In this document: piece after piece, positions 63,068 to 64,000 of the stretch
Position numbering within the stretch: position 1 is the stretch's first letter
Layout of the letters: each line of letters begins with the position of its first letter
Source: Octopus bimaculoides
Taxonomy: Eukaryota
NCBI RefSeq assembly: GCF_001194135.2
Contig: NC_068983.1
Span: 4,011,449 to 4,075,448 of the forward strand
DNA: 64,000 nucleotides
Direction: 5' to 3'
Notes under the pieces: model-generated
Told to the model about the DNA's origin: nothing
The model's input: only the letters and a program-made list of their open reading frames with translations
The model's database searches: none
Program-made: the position numbers and the translations under genes

Positions 63068-64000
63068 ACGCACGCACGTACAAAGAAACCCCTTAATATA
63101 CATTCATACATAAATATTTTGCATTATCCGTATTTATTTATGATTATAGAAGTACACACAATTTAGCGAACACAGAATATTTCTTTTGTTAGTTGAAAGG
63201 TTTCAAAGAGCCACTAAAGCCGCCTCAAGGCCTGACATTTCAATGCCCAACAATGGATGACATATAACTTTGAGAAAACACTATTGTTTCTCCAAGTATT
63301 ATGACTTCACATTTTTCTGTTGTTGCTTATTTTTATCCTCAGGTCAGTTCAGATCCAGCAAATCTCTGATTAAAGGTATTCCATCTATGATCTTCTTGGC
63401 TTTAGTGTATTTAAGACGCCTTTATTTTAATGCAAGAAAGGTTCTCCGTGTTCTCATTTACTTACCAAATCTGCAACTGGGAACAGAAACGAGAAGTAGA
63501 CAAAGTTAGGCAGAAACAAGGAAAATGCCCCTTGTATTTGAATACTATGAAAATATTCTTTAAAAAACTTTTCATTTAATTTTTCCAAAATTTAATTGTT
63601 TTCCATTCTTACAGTTGTAAAAATCTTAATGACCGAAACCGGTACTGAAATGTCTTTTATAAAATTATTTTGGCATTTTCTACCTTGACTTTTTTTTTAA
63701 TGATTTTACCAAGGTGTCAGCGCAGAAATAAAAGCTTTGTAGGCGAATTTTACAAATATTTAAATAAATATATGCATAATTTTAACAAAGGATTGGCTGT
63801 AGTCGATCAAGAGAAAGATAAAGATAATTAATTAAACTTTTGGTTAAACATGTACAAGATCCCGTTTGAAGCCCGTGTTTTATTTTTTTGAGTTTTAAAG
63901 GTGATATTAGCGTCTATTTCTAGCGCGTGGGGAGGCTTATAGCCAATGCCTTGTTATAGTTATCTATATAATTATTATAATATATATATATATATATATA

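Overview
Eukaryotic, repeat-dominated genomic DNA with ten N-gaps and dense AT/CA/AG/AAT microsatellites. The SINE and LINE families look like those of Octopus (coleoid cephalopod); this is an inference from family recognition. Only one host protein-coding exon is well supported: a minus-strand N-terminal exon of a mitochondrial-clan cytochrome P450 (27694-28812). It has an LPGPKGWPFLG proline motif and a perfect CAG|GTAAGT phase-0 donor where CYP24/CYP27 also have their first intron. It is unusual in carrying about 280 extra in-frame codons of Asn/Ser/Thr triplet repeats between two presequence-like segments. No later P450 exon was found in the 27 kb downstream. The rest is mobile DNA: three abundant tRNA-derived SINE families, RTE, CR1, L1/Tx1 and R4/Dong-like LINE relics, three or four Tc1/mariner relics, hAT and piggyBac MITEs, and Penelope-like ends. 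Two of the Penelope-like ends contain degenerate minimal hammerhead-ribozyme folds. Nearly all ORFs in the supplied track are microsatellite or gap artefacts. All comparisons were done by eye; repeat boundaries are approximate unless TIRs or TSDs are cited.
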